This document shows positions 1 through 13,700 of a DNA stretch of 64,000 bases, piece by piece. The notes beneath the pieces were generated by a model. It was not told the DNA's origin. It ran no database searches and saw nothing but the letters and a program-made list of their open reading frames with translations. This DNA comes from Marsupella aquatica. Its lineage: Eukaryota; Plantae; Marchantiophyta. Position numbers and translations under genes: made by a program. Positions within the stretch are counted from its first letter, which is position 1; each line of letters opens with the position of its first letter. The stretch spans positions 13,327,270 through 13,391,269 of the forward strand of contig OZ316892.1 in NCBI GenBank assembly GCA_973895155.1, in the 5' to 3' direction.

Positions 1-750
1 GTGCAGTCCTTGCATGAAACCATTTTTGAACCCCTGGAATCCATACTCAATACTCAGTTCAAACAGTTGCAGCATTGACTTTTACACTGCATGGCATAAG
101 AATGCAACCCCTTAGACAAGAGTGAGCTTGACAATGTGACTTCACCTCAAATTGTCGAATGAATTCTCCACTTTGATCAAAGGAGTGATACTTGGATGTC
201 AAACAGGTAAAAATGCAATTTTGGTTACGCTTGGTTGCACACCAATTTGCTTCACATTGTCATTCCCAGCCAACCTTTCCACAACTACCCCCTCACTGCT
301 ATTGTCATATAACCAAAGCAGCAAGGCTTTGGCAGCCATGGATATTTGAATTCCTGTGTGAAAGTGGAGTCAAACAGGACAAAAACAATGTGCAGTGTTT
401 GCCCCTATGGGCATTGCCATTGACTACAGTTCATGGGTTAAGTGCACCGGTCATGGCACAAAATTATGGGAGCTTATGGGGGTCTCTGAGACGCTCTACT
501 GCAATCAAAAGGTACTCCCTGGCCTACAGTCTAGAGTGAAGACTCTAGAGTGAAACCTCTAGACTCTGACTTTAACAAAGGGCATGATTCAAAGTGAAAT
601 AAAAATGAGGGATGGGGGCCAAAAAAACAAGGATGGGTGCAAAAATAATTGAAAATGAAATAACATGAAATCTTTTTTTCAAATTTTTTTCTGTCGCACC
701 TCTATCTTCATTCAAGGAACTGGGTAATCAGGTTGCTTGTTCGTGACTAA

Positions 751-815
751 CTGGCTTGGGTCAGTTGGCTAGGGGATTAACCTGGAACTAAAAGGTCCCA
801 GGTTCAATCCCTCCT
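751..815 (+). other. tRNA-like fragment (possible SINE head / tRNA pseudogene)
   Basis: A-box-like TGGGTCAGTTGG (757-768) and B-box GGTTCAATCCC (801-811) at tRNA-like spacing; the acceptor and anticodon stems do not pair convincingly. Confidence 0.3.
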
Positions 816-962
816 TGACACACAACGGTGTGGATGGTTTAAGGGTGTGGGTGGGATGGTTTTTGTGAGTAGTGGATGGGAGTTCTTTTTATTTCCTCAA
901 CCCCTAGTTCCCTACTTTGTGTACCTGATTTAATCATCTCTCCTCCTGGTGCGGGTCCCTGT

Positions 963-1563
963 TGGATCATGGGGGCTCACCCTGAAATGGGTTCCCTACA
1001 AAGAATGTATGTTACTATTGTGATGGGGAGAGTCTACTAACTGTTCTTACTCATTTCCTTTCAAGACAAAAAATGCTTGTGCGTAAACAAGAAGAGGGAC
1101 AGATGTCGCTTAGTCGACACTCAACAGAGAGGTTTGTGGATCCAAGGGGGCTCACCCTGAAATGGGTTCCCTACAAAGAACATCAGTGTCACTATTGTGG
1201 TGGGGAGAGTCTACTAAATGTTTTTCAGTCATTTCCTTTCAAGAGAAAAGTTTTGTGCATAAACAAGGGACAGATGTGGATGTCGCTTGGTTGACACTCA
1301 ACATAGAGGTTTGTGGATCCAAAGGGGGCTCACCCTGAAATGGGTTCCCTACAAAGAATATCACTGTCACTATTGTAGTTCCCTACAAAGAATATCAATG
1401 TCACTATTGTGGTTCCCTACAAAGAATGTCAATGTCACTATTGTGGTGGGGAGAGTCTACTAAATGTTTTTTCAGTCATTTCCTTTCAAGAGAAAAAATA
1501 GTTGTGCATAAACGAGACGAGGGACGGATGTCGCTTCGTCGACAATCAACAGAGAGGTTTGTG
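963..1563. repeat. ~175-bp tandem repeat, 3 copies, upstream of the ceramide synthase gene
   Basis: The unit TGGATC..GGGGGCTCACCCTGAAATGGGTTCCCTACAAAGAA...TCAACAGAGAGGTTTG starts near 963, 1137 and 1314. The third copy has an internal triplication of GTTCCCTACAAAGAATATCACTGTCACTATTGT. Confidence 0.9.
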
Positions 1564-2163
1564 AGTAAGCAGATACCTGCCTCGACTAATAACGAAAGCT
1601 ATCTGTGCCTGTGAGTACAATACTAGTAGAGGGACGATTGGACGAACGAAGGCTGGCTGGTTCGTGGAATTCGTCCCTCCCCCATCTCCCGGAGCACGAT
1701 TTGAGCCGATGCATCTCACTCACGAGAGGGGAGTAGTAGACGGCAATTGACGGGACTGGAAAAGCAACGCATACCGGAGAAGCAGGAGGGGGAAAGTAGG
1801 GAGATTGCTGTGACCGGACAGAGCATTTTTTTTCCACGACGGAATTGTTCTCGCTCGCAGGATACTTTGCTCCATTGTCAATCGTGCATTGCAGTGCAGT
1901 TCAGAGCGGTGTCTCTGGTGTGGGAAACGAGCTAGGCTAGCTACTGAAACAATTTTCTGAATCTGGATGAGGTAGGGTTTGCCGCCTAAAGAACACCTGG
2001 GAGATCTTGGGGTGCAACAAAGACGGGCGAGTTTGGTGACATACCTGCCGCTCCTTGAGATACCAATTCAACTAAAGATTTGGTAGAAACATATTAGTCT
2101 ACGTAGATGCGCACGCCGCCCAAGTTAGGCCGAACGTGTGTTAAGAGCGTTTGATTGCGAGCT

Positions 2164-5100
2164 ATGATGGGGATCGGAGTTCTAGACACATGGCGAGCGG
2201 AATTGCAGTGGCCACAATGGGAAAAAGAGAGCTATCCAGAGTCCAAGGATCTGATGATGATTCCCGCATTCTCTGTCTTCTTCTTCACTTTCCGCTATTT
2301 ACTTGACACGTTCGTTTTCGAAGTAACTTGCCCGAACCTCTCTGTTTTATGCCGCCTCTCAAAGTGTATCTGGATGTCGTGGAGTTTTTGTTTGGAGAGT
2401 CTGACGAAGAATTGCTCGCCAAAATTTGTATGAAGGACAGGAATGGTAACGAGGGAAGGGGTTAGGATCAGCTATTACATCGTGCATTGCGTAGGTGGGT
2501 AGGTGGGTAGGTTGGTAGATAGGATAGGCCTGTATGCGTGTTAATTGTCATACATCCTGTGTTCGACAGCAGACTACACATTCTATCGCAAACTGGTGCG
2601 TGCAATGGTGTCTGTTATGGTTTTTATTCGGCATTGATCAAGTGCGTGCATGGTTTCGCAGCAGTTGATTGGTACTGTGCTAATGCCTGATTCCGATTGT
2701 CCGATACGGGGTCTTGGGGCTGAATCATGTTTGATTGATTGCAGAAATTAGGGAGAACATTTATACTGGGCAAGTCGGATTCCCAGAAGGAATTTACAGA
2801 CGAAGGTGCTCTGCTAAAAACGGTTGTCAAGTTCAAGGAGTCATCGTGGAAGCTGTGCTACTTTCTATCGGCAGAGATTCTGGCTTTATGCATCTCCTAC
2901 AATGAGCCTTATTTCCTGGATAGTCAGAAATTTTGGCTTGGGCCTGGTTCGCAATACTGGCCTGATCAAAAGATAAAGTAAGTTCTCCGAAGTTGCAGCC
3001 AAAGCTGTTTTGTTCTCGTTGCTTGTTTTTTTAATTTAATGGCCGTTCATGAGGGGACATGCAATGCGCGGAGCACGGAAAGTCCGAACGTAACAGCTAT
3101 TGAAATTCTTGGATTTGCATGGTATGGTACTTGTCGTCATAAGTATGACTATAGTCGACCTTGATGTTGAGATATTCAAAAAAACTTTACTTTGGGTGAG
3201 ATTTTTCCTTATCAGCTGCACGTCGCCAATTTAACGCATGTTTGTAGAATAATCTCGCGTATGTTGTCCATACCGTTTGGTTGTACGCCGAATTGTCCTC
3301 GTAAGAACTATTAAAATAAGAATTATTTCAGCCTCAGCTTTAACTCATACAGAGCACAAAGCAACTAAAGTTTGGAATACTTGAACTCAGACTGAATGAT
3401 TTATAATTTGTTTGGTTCTTGGCAGGCTCAAGTTGAAGCTTCTTTATGGATTTGCAGGTGGTTTTTATGCTTACAGCATCCTTGCACTTATATTCTGGGA
3501 GACACGGCGCAAGGACTTCGGTGTGAGCATGTCACATCATGTTGCCACCGTAGTTCTCATTATCTTTTCATATTTGGCCAGGTTCTCTTCCTACCTAATC
3601 TTTAAACGCACCCCTTTACCACGTACCCTATCTTTGATCTAGATTGACTAGTGTAGACCTAAGTAGCGTTCGTCCAAGTTACGTGATGAATTCAAGCGTG
3701 TCGCAACGTCCAAGGCATTTATTGTTATCTTGGGTTGATTCAGCTAGGTATACAGCAGATTAGGGGGGGGTCTTTGGGCACTCTTCAAAGCACAAGATTG
3801 GGTTCTTTCCTTCCTCATATCTGTAGGCCTTTTTACCATGATGTGTTTGATTTGGAACAGCAACTCGTTATAGTGTGTAATTCACACTTTGCTAACGCGT
3901 GGTGGAGCTCATACTAAGGGGCTGATATGACCGACTTTGCAGGTTCGCTAGAGTGGGATCTGTGGTACTCGCAGTCCATGATGGAAGTGATGTATTTTTA
4001 GAAGTGGGGAAGTTGACGAAGTACAGTGGCTTGGAGATCATACCCAGCATCGCATTTGTTCTTTTCGCCATATCATGGATTATACTGCGACTTTTGATCT
4101 TTCCCTTTTGGGTCATTAGGAGCACGAGGTACGGCATCTCTCATGTGCAGAAACTTAGTCCAGATTCCCCATGTCAAGGAAGGATTGCGAAGGCATTCTA
4201 TAGATTCTTATGTAGACGACAGAGTGAAGTATATATATATTTCATCTTTTCGCATGGTGGCACTCAATATAGGGAAATTTAGTGCAATGGTATACTTTCC
4301 CTTCCATATTTGTCTCGTCTTCTGTCTCCTCTTCCAGCTTTTTGTTTCTTTCTAGCGGGTGAGTGGGGCGAGTGCATTCTGTTTTGCTATTTCTTAGAGT
4401 TTCAACTGTCTTTCGTGCATTACATCTTATTCAAGCGAATACTTTTATACAACCTCTAGGATTGATATAGACGTAGGGTATGATGGCCACAATTAGTAAG
4501 ATATGTTGTGCATCCTAATGCAATATATTCATAACTTTTGTGAATGTGGTGTCCTGCAGCTATGAAGTTTTGACAATTCTTGACAGAAACTATCAGAATG
4601 GCCCTTTGCTGTACTACATTTTCAACACTTTGTTGGTCAGCCTCTTTGTTCTTCACATTTATTGGTGGATCCTGATTTGGAGAATGATTGTGAGGCAAAT
4701 TGAAGCCCGAGGAAAAGTTGCAGATGATGTTCGGTCTGGTATGTACAAACCGCTCGAATCCATACTGATTTGCACGTCGTCTAGATTTAGATAGTGGCCT
4801 GGTTCCAGAGAGCTTGAATTCCAACATACTAAGTCTGGAATTCTTGGTACTTGTCTGGGTCGTCGAAGAACATGTTTACAATCGCGTACCGTGGTTGTCC
4901 TCCGAGAGGACTGTACGCCTTATCGATAAGGAGCCTGGATGGACACATCCCATCCCTCTTCATAATATCAAGCTTGGTATATAAATCACTGCAGAGTATA
5001 AATCACTTCAGCTTTTCAATAATTAGTAGGTGGTCTCCCTGCTACTTTGATTCTAGTTTCTAAAAGTTCAAGATAAAGGTAGAGATGTCCAGGTCTGGTG

Positions 5101-6094
5101 GACATTGTACTCACAAAACCTCACTGTGATGTCACTAGTTGACAGGTTCACATTGAAAGAGCTGTTACTTGATATAATTTGATTTCTAGTAGCTTGTGCA
5201 TTTCACCTGCGTTCTTTTAGAAATATCCAATGGCAACTAAGAATGGAATGTATTTTTCACAATTATTCTGGAACCCCTCATCGCTGAATATTGAATCCTA
5301 CTGTGTGTTACAATGTGGTTGGTATGGGGATTGCTCTGTTTCTTTAATAAAACATCCCGGAGGCCTTTCGCCATCAATGTCACATATTTCGTTTGTTGTG
5401 GTCGTAGAAGTCTCACCTGTTTCGTTTGTCCTGCTTGCTTGAACCTCAGGTGGATAGAAAATAAGTAGTTGACGTGGAGTGTTGAAGTCATTTCCGATGG
5501 CCAAGGTTTTGGCCTGGCGAGTATCTGGACGAGCATTTGAAAAATCATTGTCGTTCGGCAAGGCATACTAATTCAATGAACTGTTTGTGTTTCTTTCCAA
5601 TTATCCTTTACCTAAGATTGTGGTGCTCAGGTCTCTTAGTTTCTCAGCGGGAACCTTTTGAGGGTGCTGTGGATGTGGCACCTAACTAATCTTGCTGTTT
5701 TTGAGACCCTGTTTGGCATTATCTAAGGTTTGATATCGTCAGGCATGTGGTTCCAATTTCAAGTCTGCACATGTGGGGTGGTTGGTGAGCGCGGCATGCG
5801 TGGATGCCCACCTTATACTAAGGGATATAACCTTGTAACGAGAAAACATTGACAAGTTCATATGAAAAATAAATTAAGGAATGCGGTCATGCTTTCGGAA
5901 CATATACGTTTCTCTGATGAAGTAAATTTACTCTTTGCCTATCACACTTCAGTGTTTGGTATACAATTTAAGCTTCTTCTCTCAATCAAGTTACTGAACG
6001 CAGCGCCGCCCCCCGCCCCCGACTCCCTTTCTTTTGTTTTGCAGATTCGGATGAAGACGAGGACGATGAAGATGAGGACGAGAAAATTGACTGA
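2164..6094 (+). CDS. LAG1: Ceramide synthase, LAG1/longevity assurance homolog (TLC domain, LOH1/LOH3-like); 6 exons
   Basis: Exons 2164-2322, 2745-2977, 3426-3581, 3943-4128, 4560-4738, 6045-6094; all introns are GT-AG and in phase. Motifs: KFKESSWK, Lag1p motif [15 protein letters not shown]...[18 protein letters not shown], and the acidic C-terminus [21 protein letters not shown]. Confidence 0.93.
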
Positions 6095-8189
6095 GGAAGC
6101 TTTGGCAATTTTATCGTTGTCGAGATACAAGGAATCATTCATCATTTTGTCCAATGTTCTTATGCGAAACCTCATTGGAGTGCACATAAGAAATTGTGGA
6201 CAGGTTGGAGTGGACATTCAACGATGCGTTTTCTACTGGAAGTAGTAGTTACTCATGACTCCAATACTGTTCACCAAATCAGAAGATTCTAGCTTGTCTG
6301 GAGCACTTATGTTATTTACATACATCAGGACAAAGATTCTGTTATTGGTAATCTCGATGGCTTGATGTTTCATGTCATTTCTGCCGTTTTGAATCAGCAC
6401 TTGTTATTCTGAATTCATGTCTTTGAGATATCCGCTGTCTTCTAGTGCACAACGTTTGAGACATTTGGATGCACTCAAAGAAGCAGATATCAGTGTTTCA
6501 ATATGAAGTATGGGCCACTCAAGAAGCGTATTCCTATTTGTCACCCACTTGATTATTTCCATTGTTGTTTTGTGTTAAGAACCTGTGTCATTGCAGCAGA
6601 GAGCATTTTCTGGATGACTTTGTTTGTCAAATATTATTGTCAGTCTTAAGGTCTCCTATCTCTACATGGACTGTGTACATGTCAATCATGATGGATTGCA
6701 TGAAATCCCAATGGCCGAATGGTCTTCCAGCTGTTTCGTCATCAGCTAACTGGCGATTCTGAGTCATTCAAGGGCTCCGTTTGATTGAAACGATTCGGTT
6801 TGAAAGATTTAGTTCAATATGACTCTATTATTGTGTTCCCTGTCTTCCTTCTTTGGAAGATGTTACAGGAAAATTGAAACTAGAATGTGGAAGAGACGTA
6901 TGTACAACCCGGAAGCGAGTACTAATGTCAACAGAGCGTAGAGGTCCTGGAAAGAACAGATCTGACTTACATAAGTATGTACTTAATACACTGGCCATCA
7001 CGATCTGCATATAGCCTATATATAGCCTATATATATAAATAATCTTTCATTGCAAGACAGTTGCATGGTGTGTAGTTCTACATGTCGTCAGCGCGCATAT
7101 ACGGTGGAGAGCAGGACACAAACAGGAAAAAACCACGCAAGTCGCATTGTATTTCATGCGAATCTGAAGCGAATTTGAAACCTTAGTTGTAATTCTGTTT
7201 CACGACGAGCATATCCGAGTCCTAGTTCCTTGAGGAGGATTGAACTACTTATATATGGTTGGTTTCCCTTTGCTATCTCAGGTTCATTGAAAGTTCTTCG
7301 ACCGAATATATCCGTGACAAACTTTGCGAACTATCTTCTCTAATATCTTCTCTTCAACGCTTGAGAAATACGAGTTCAACAATTTGTCTCTTTGCTGTTT
7401 GGGTAGTTCTTGGCCCTGTCAGCTGTGAATTTCAGGTTGGATTTTTACCCGCACGATGTCTTGGCCCTGTTGGCTACAAATTTCAGGTTGGTAGACACTT
7501 TCACCCACAAGATGCCTTTCTTAATCGGTCAGGTTCTGCGTATGAACTACCACAAGCTTGTATGTGTCCATCCCATCTCTTTTAAAAATCTTCCTCAACT
7601 GCCTCTGCTCCTTGACTTCATCTTCAACTTACACTTGGTTGCTCTTTGTTAAGTCTTGTGTCAGTAGTAAATTTATTCCCTGTGATAAACCTTGTATTTT
7701 AAAATACTTTGGCTTTACTAGCAATTGCACATCCTTGCTCTCACCAAAGGGGATATTAATTGGTCCTTCCTTTGTGACTTCTTGCCTTGCACCAGATTGG
7801 AACCCTTGTGCTTCCAACTACACCAATGACCTATGCCCAGGAGATGTACCCAATAGTCTACTCTATGAAGCAATGGTTCCTTGCTGGATGGAGCAGCCTC
7901 ACATCAATGCCGACCAGGGCACCCTTGAACCAAATTTACACCTTGTCTTGCGAAATTTGAATGAAGGAGCAACCTTTCATCAATATTGGCCATATAAGTT
8001 GTTCAAGACAAAGATGACATACGAAAGAAATGACAATCAGATTGCAAAGCGTGGATGAGGTCCAGCATGCAACCTGGAGTAAAATCAAATCTCTAATGTG
8101 GCAGAAATCCACAGCATACATCCTAGACAAGTTGAAGATGACTATGTTGTGAAGGTTTCATTATTCAATAGTGGTGTCGCATGGTGGAT

Positions 8190-8380
8190 GAAAGGTCACA
8201 CTCACAATGTTGAGTAAGTATTGCTACCTAGCCAGATATGAAATAAAACATCATTGATTTGTTAAGTGGTTTTAAGACCTGTCAATAAAAGGTCACATTC
8301 ACAATGTTGAGTAAGTATTGTATCTAGCCAAATATGAAATTAAACATCATCCACAATGTTAAGTGGTTTTGAGACCTGCC
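8190..8380. repeat. ~97-bp tandem duplication
   Basis: AAAGGTCACA(C/T)TCACAATGTTGAGTAAGTATTG...GTTAAGTGGTTTT.AGACCTG occurs twice, head to tail. Confidence 0.85.
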
Positions 8381-9433
8381 AGAAGAACTATTTCAAAGAT
8401 TGTAAGTCTTAAAGGTTGCAACCTGTAGCCCCAAACCCCATATGAAAGAATTGCCATGGATTTTTATTACCTAAGGGCATGAAGTTGGTAATCATATACT
8501 CTGGTATTGTATTACTGCCAAAGCTAACAAGGACTCTAAGACCATTTCTGTGTTAGACTTGCTTTAGGAATGGAACACCACCCCCATATTCCAAGTGAGC
8601 AAAGTAAAAAGGCTGAAAGATGATATAGTCTTGGAAGGAGGCAAGTGCTACCACTTGGATCCTTTAACAGTTAGCATGTTGAGTATGAGGTCGACTGCAG
8701 TAATCTTAAGGAATTTGGGAATAAGCTAGAGTGGCTAGGGTCAGCCACCAGCACGTAGGAGAAGGTGGTGAATGTTTAATTAGGTTCCAAATCTCCTGGA
8801 GTAAACTGCTAACGTCAGATCTCCCTAGATTTACAAAGGACTGTCAGACTTAATGAAGAATGAGTGGAGGAAGGAGTGTGGCTTATTTGACAGAGCATAG
8901 CTAATGAGGGAGATGTGATATTCTTAGTGCATAAGAGTGTCGGGCTGGTATACTACCATGGCAAGGTATTGTTCCGTGGTTAAGGTAAGGCATTGCAATA
9001 CCTGGTCTAGCAGGTATCAATTTTGACTCTACATTGAATGTACCATACCCAACCTGGCTGGTATTTGGCTTTTCCCATACCCGCCTCTATACCCATTCTG
9101 GCAGGTGTAGCTTTTGCTGTAGCTGGTTTTATATATATACCTCCCATGTATAGAGGTATAGCCCAGGTATTGATTTACAGAAAACAAATTAAAAATTTAG
9201 GCGTAAGGGTTTGGGCTGGCTTGGGAGCTGTATAGAAGTAAAAGCAGCTTCCATTCTCTTTGTCCGTAGCAGCTTCCCTTTGTTGGACTGAAAGCCTTCT
9301 CAGGTGAGATGATCAATTTTGGTGAGAACTCCATAGCTCTAACTAGAATTGCAGACTTGAATGGGAATGTGAGACAAGTGTGCAAGGTTGAGTTGATATG
9401 TTTAGGCAAGTTCACTTCCCATCAGGTGTTGCT

Positions 9434-9760
9434 CCCCTCACTTGGTGGAAGCAGAGTTTGAGAACTTACCTCAAAGTTGGATTTTTGGCTTGACAATCCC
9501 TTGGCATTCTTGGCTCCCAAATTCAATGCAAGCACATAATATTCGCAATCGCTAGTGTATTGACAAAATTTTGTCAGCATAAACTTGGGTGGGAAAATCT
9601 TGAGATGTTAGTGTTGATCTTCAAGAATTGGCCAGATGATTGTAGAGTGGACACTATTTTGGAGACTATTGACATTGGTGACTCCTTCGCTACAGAAGTT
9701 AGTATCATTGATGTCGCTGAGGATGAAATGGTTGATGGCGGATTGGTGAAAGAGCCTTGA
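9434..9760 (+). pseudogene. hAT transposase C-terminal dimerization domain remnant
   Basis: Frameshifted translation PLTWWKQ...FLA...LGILGSQ...ASVLTKFCQHKLGWENLEMLVLIFKNWPDD matches the hAT dimerisation signature (WW...P/GSQ.ERxFS...L...KNWPDD). Confidence 0.7.
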
Positions 9761-10172
9761 CCAACTTGGCCTAGTTGTAGCATTTAATAGTTTTCTTAAC
9801 ATTTTAGGGAGGCTGTCCCTAAAGTCAAATAGTTTGGATACCATCCTAATTACGGACCCAGTGAGAAGTACCTTTCGAATTTCCTGACTCCATGTGCGGC
9901 CATGTCAGCATTTTCCTCCACAGACGGGGGCATTCAAGTTTGTGGCAATACACAAACACTGCTAATTGACATAAAAGATTTGGCAGATTCAATTGTATCC
10001 ACAGTGAATCAATTGAGGCTAGTAAGCTTGAATGGATCATGAATGAAAGGTTTGTTTGTACTAAATACACATGAATTTTTCTGGTGAAAAAATATGTATA
10101 ATTAGTGTATATAGCTTTAATGTAGAACCAAGTGTAGATAAACTTTCTTCTTAAGTGTCATCAACTTATGTC

Positions 10173-10517
10173 TGTTGAGCATAGACGACGATCACAACGG
10201 CAAGCCCATGAACCATCTAACGCACAATAGTCAACATGGAGAGATACGTGGTTCACCTCCACATGAGGCTATGTCCACGGGAACACACAAGAGCTTTACT
10301 ACACTCTAGGCCGACCGGCCATACCAAGCATCCACAGCACAAGCTCTCCCTATCTCTCAACTGGCTCCGTAACAATGAGCCTGAGTTCCACCTCTCCGAG
10401 CAAACACCGCTTGGTTATAGAGTGTGCACAGCATGACTAACCTAACCAAGTCTGCGACTAAGGTTAGTCTTAACTACGGTACATTCGTAACTCTAGACCT
10501 AAGAGTAAATCCTAACA
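10173..10517 (-). repeat. 3' LTR (345 bp, TG...CA)
   Basis: On the minus strand it reads TGTTAGG...CTCAACA and is preceded by the polypurine tract AAGGGGGAG. A hand alignment to the 16503-16847 copy shows about 10 mismatches. Confidence 0.95.
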
Positions 10518-10708
10518 ATCTCCCCCTTGACTCTGGTCTAGGGGAGGGTAAAGACTGCTACCAATATGACTGCTTAGCGGGAAGTTCTGGAAAGAAAAAC
10601 CAAACCAGTTTTTCCCTCTTTATACGAGAGTAGACCAAAACTAAGCCGTAGCCTATACAAGGAATGAGCAAGAGCATATCTCAGTATCTACACAAATGTT
10701 AAGTAACC

Positions 10709-13700
10709 CTACTTGTGAGGCAATTGCAAAACCTGCAACGCATCACGGTGTCTAGAAAAACTCTCCAAAGGAATCACTTTGGTAAAAGCGTCAGCCGGGT
10801 TGAGTTTATCGTCAATCTTGACTAGCTCAAACATATTATCAGACACAGCCTGCCTGATAAAATGGTACCTAACGTCGATGTGTTTCACTCTGCTGTCCAT
10901 CACCTGGTTCATAGCAAGGTGGAGTGCACTCTGACTATCACAATGGAGCTTCACATTCCCCTGTGGCAATCCCATCTCAATGATAAGTCTATCCAACCAA
11001 ATTGCTTCCTTTGTTGTTTCCGTTGATGCAACATACTCCGCTTCTGTAGTAGACTGAGCAATACACTTCTGCAAAGTAGACCTTCAACTTATGCATCCAC
11101 CTCCAAGTGTGAACACATAACCTGTTGTTGATCTCCTCCAATCCAGATCCTGTGCATAGTCAGCATCTACATAGCCCATCAATGATCTAGCATTATTAGC
11201 ATGTGCATTAAACAATAGACCATGATCCACGGTACCCTTCAAATACCGAATAATCCACTTCACTGCTTCCCAGTGTACCTTCCTTGGATTCGACATGTAC
11301 CTGCTCACCTTGCCCATAGCCATGGCAAGATCAGGTCTAGTGCAAGTCATCAAATACATGAGACTCCCCACTGCCTTGTCATACGAAACCTTTGACATCA
11401 ACCCCTTCTCTGTGTCATCCGTAGGACAGAACGCTGATGATAACTTGAAGTGTGGAGCCAACGGGGTACTTACTGGCTTGCTATTCCCCATGTTGAACCT
11501 TGCAATTACCTTCCTTGCATAATTGCTATGCGTCAACCATAGCTTGCCAGTCTCCAAGTCCCTAGTGATCTCCATACCCAAAATCCTCTTAGCTGGCCCT
11601 AAGTCCTTCATCTTAAACTCTGCACTAAGCAGTGCCTTGAGCTTAACAATCTCAGACCTATCCTTGGCTGCAATTAGCATGTCATCCACATAAAGTACTA
11701 AAACAATGAACCCAAAAACAACATTCTTCACCGGTTTAAGATACACACATGGGTCAAACACACTCCTGTGAAAGCCTTGTGCACGAATCCAATCATCAAA
11801 CCGCTTATTCCACTATCTTGGTGACTGCTTCAACCCGTACAAGGATCTCAACAATCTGCAAACCAAATCCTCTTGCCCTTTCTTCACAAAACCTAGCGGC
11901 TGTCTCATGAAGATCACCTCTTCCAAGGTGCCATAGAGGAAAGCTGTGACAACATCCATCTGATCTAGCAACAGACCAAACATAACAACAAGCACACACA
12001 ATAGCTGTATTGTTGAGTACTTAGCAACTGGTGAGAAGATCTCATTGTAATCCACACTTTTTTCCTGTATGAATTCCTTGGCTACCAACCTAGCCTTGTA
12101 GACCTTCGATCCACCTCCTGTGGACTGATCCTTCAGCCTGTATATCCACTTGCTGTCCACCACTTGCTGTCCCTTAGGCAGCTTGACAAGCTCCCAAGTT
12201 TTGTTGTCCTTCAGTGACTGCATCTTCGTTTGCATTGCTGTAGTCCACTCCTGCTTCTCCTTTGAAGCACTTGCTTCATGAAATGAAGAAGGTTCACCTT
12301 CTTCCAAAATCAACGCATCACCCTCATCGTCAGTAACAAAATCCTTCTCTTGCAACTGAGATGAATCAACCCACTGTCCATACCTTGGTGGAGCGCGTAC
12401 AGTGCGACCAGATGCTCTTCTAGCCGATGACTCCGGTTGATCTGCGTGTGCTGGTACAATTTGAAGCTCAGCAGCATCCACTTGCTGCTCACCAGCATCA
12501 ACAAACTCCTTTGGTTCCTCTGGCACAGGAACCAGCTCCATAATTGGAGCAACTCCTTCTCTCCGGTCATGCACCTCATAACCAATCTCCCCCTCAACGA
12601 GATCCAGGATAGGAGATTTTTCTTTGTCAGTACGGGAGACCTGAGTATTCTCCCCCTCCTTCAATAATCTGGATTCATTGAAGGAAACATCCCTACTGAC
12701 AACGAGCTTACAGGCAATAGGATCCCATAGCCTATAGGCTTTCACACCACTCTGGTACCCAAGAAAAACACATTTCTTGGAGGTAGGATCCAACTTGGTC
12801 CTATTCTGCTTCGGTGTGAGAGCATATGCATCACTTCCAAAAACTACCAAGCCATGATAGTCTGCTTGCCGCTTATAGCGCATCTCAAACGGCATTTTGA
12901 AATTGATAGCACTAGAAGAAGAAAGATTTACCAAATAAGCTGCGGTATTGACAGCTTCTGCCCAAAATTCTTGTGGTAAACCTGATTGGCTCAACATACT
13001 CCGTGACCGCTTCAACAATGTCCTATTGAGCCTCTTAGCGACATCATTCTGCTGCAGAGTATAAATTGTGGTGAGATGGCGAGTTATCCCCTGTTTTGAA
13101 CAGTACTCTTCAAATTCCATTGAAGTGTACTCCCTGCCGTTGTCTGACCTCAGACTCTTCACCCTTGTATCCAAACACTTGACCGTGTTTCCAGTCTGAT
13201 TCTCCACCTGGGCCTTCCACTTCTTAAAAATGGACAAGACATCAGACTTATGCGTCATGAAATAAATCCACACAAATTTTGAGTAATCGTCAATAAATGA
13301 TACATAGTACAACTTTCCAGAGTGTGAGGGAGTCAGGGATGGACCCCACACGTCACTATGTATGTACTCAAGAACCATTTTGGAACGATGAGTTCCAACA
13401 CCGAAAGCACAACGATGCTGCTTTCCAAGAATGCAATGCTCACAAAACTCTAATTTACAAGATTGCAAATCAAAAATGAGTCCATTCTTCCGTAAGATAG
13501 CCAAACCCTTCTCACTCATGTGGCCTAGCCGTGAATGCCACAGTTGAGTCATCTCCTCGTGAGACTTGGTTACATTGGCCTCTCCACATACAGTATTGCC
13601 CTGTAACACATACAAATTCTTTTGTCTGCTCCCCTTCAAAATCACTGTCTCTCCCAACCTGACTTGAAGTTCACCATCAATAACGCTCAATTGATGACCA

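Noticed and set aside
751-815. Functional tRNA gene
   Set aside because: No convincing acceptor or anticodon stem; kept only as a tRNA-like fragment.
7259-8130. ORFs of 60-166 aa around 7.3-8.1 kb
   Set aside because: No recognisable motif or consistent exon structure; probably decayed repeat DNA that I cannot classify.
10236-10436. Near-identical small ORFs at 10236-10436 (+) and 16584-16772 (-)
   Set aside because: They are translations of the two LTR copies, with no evidence of coding function.
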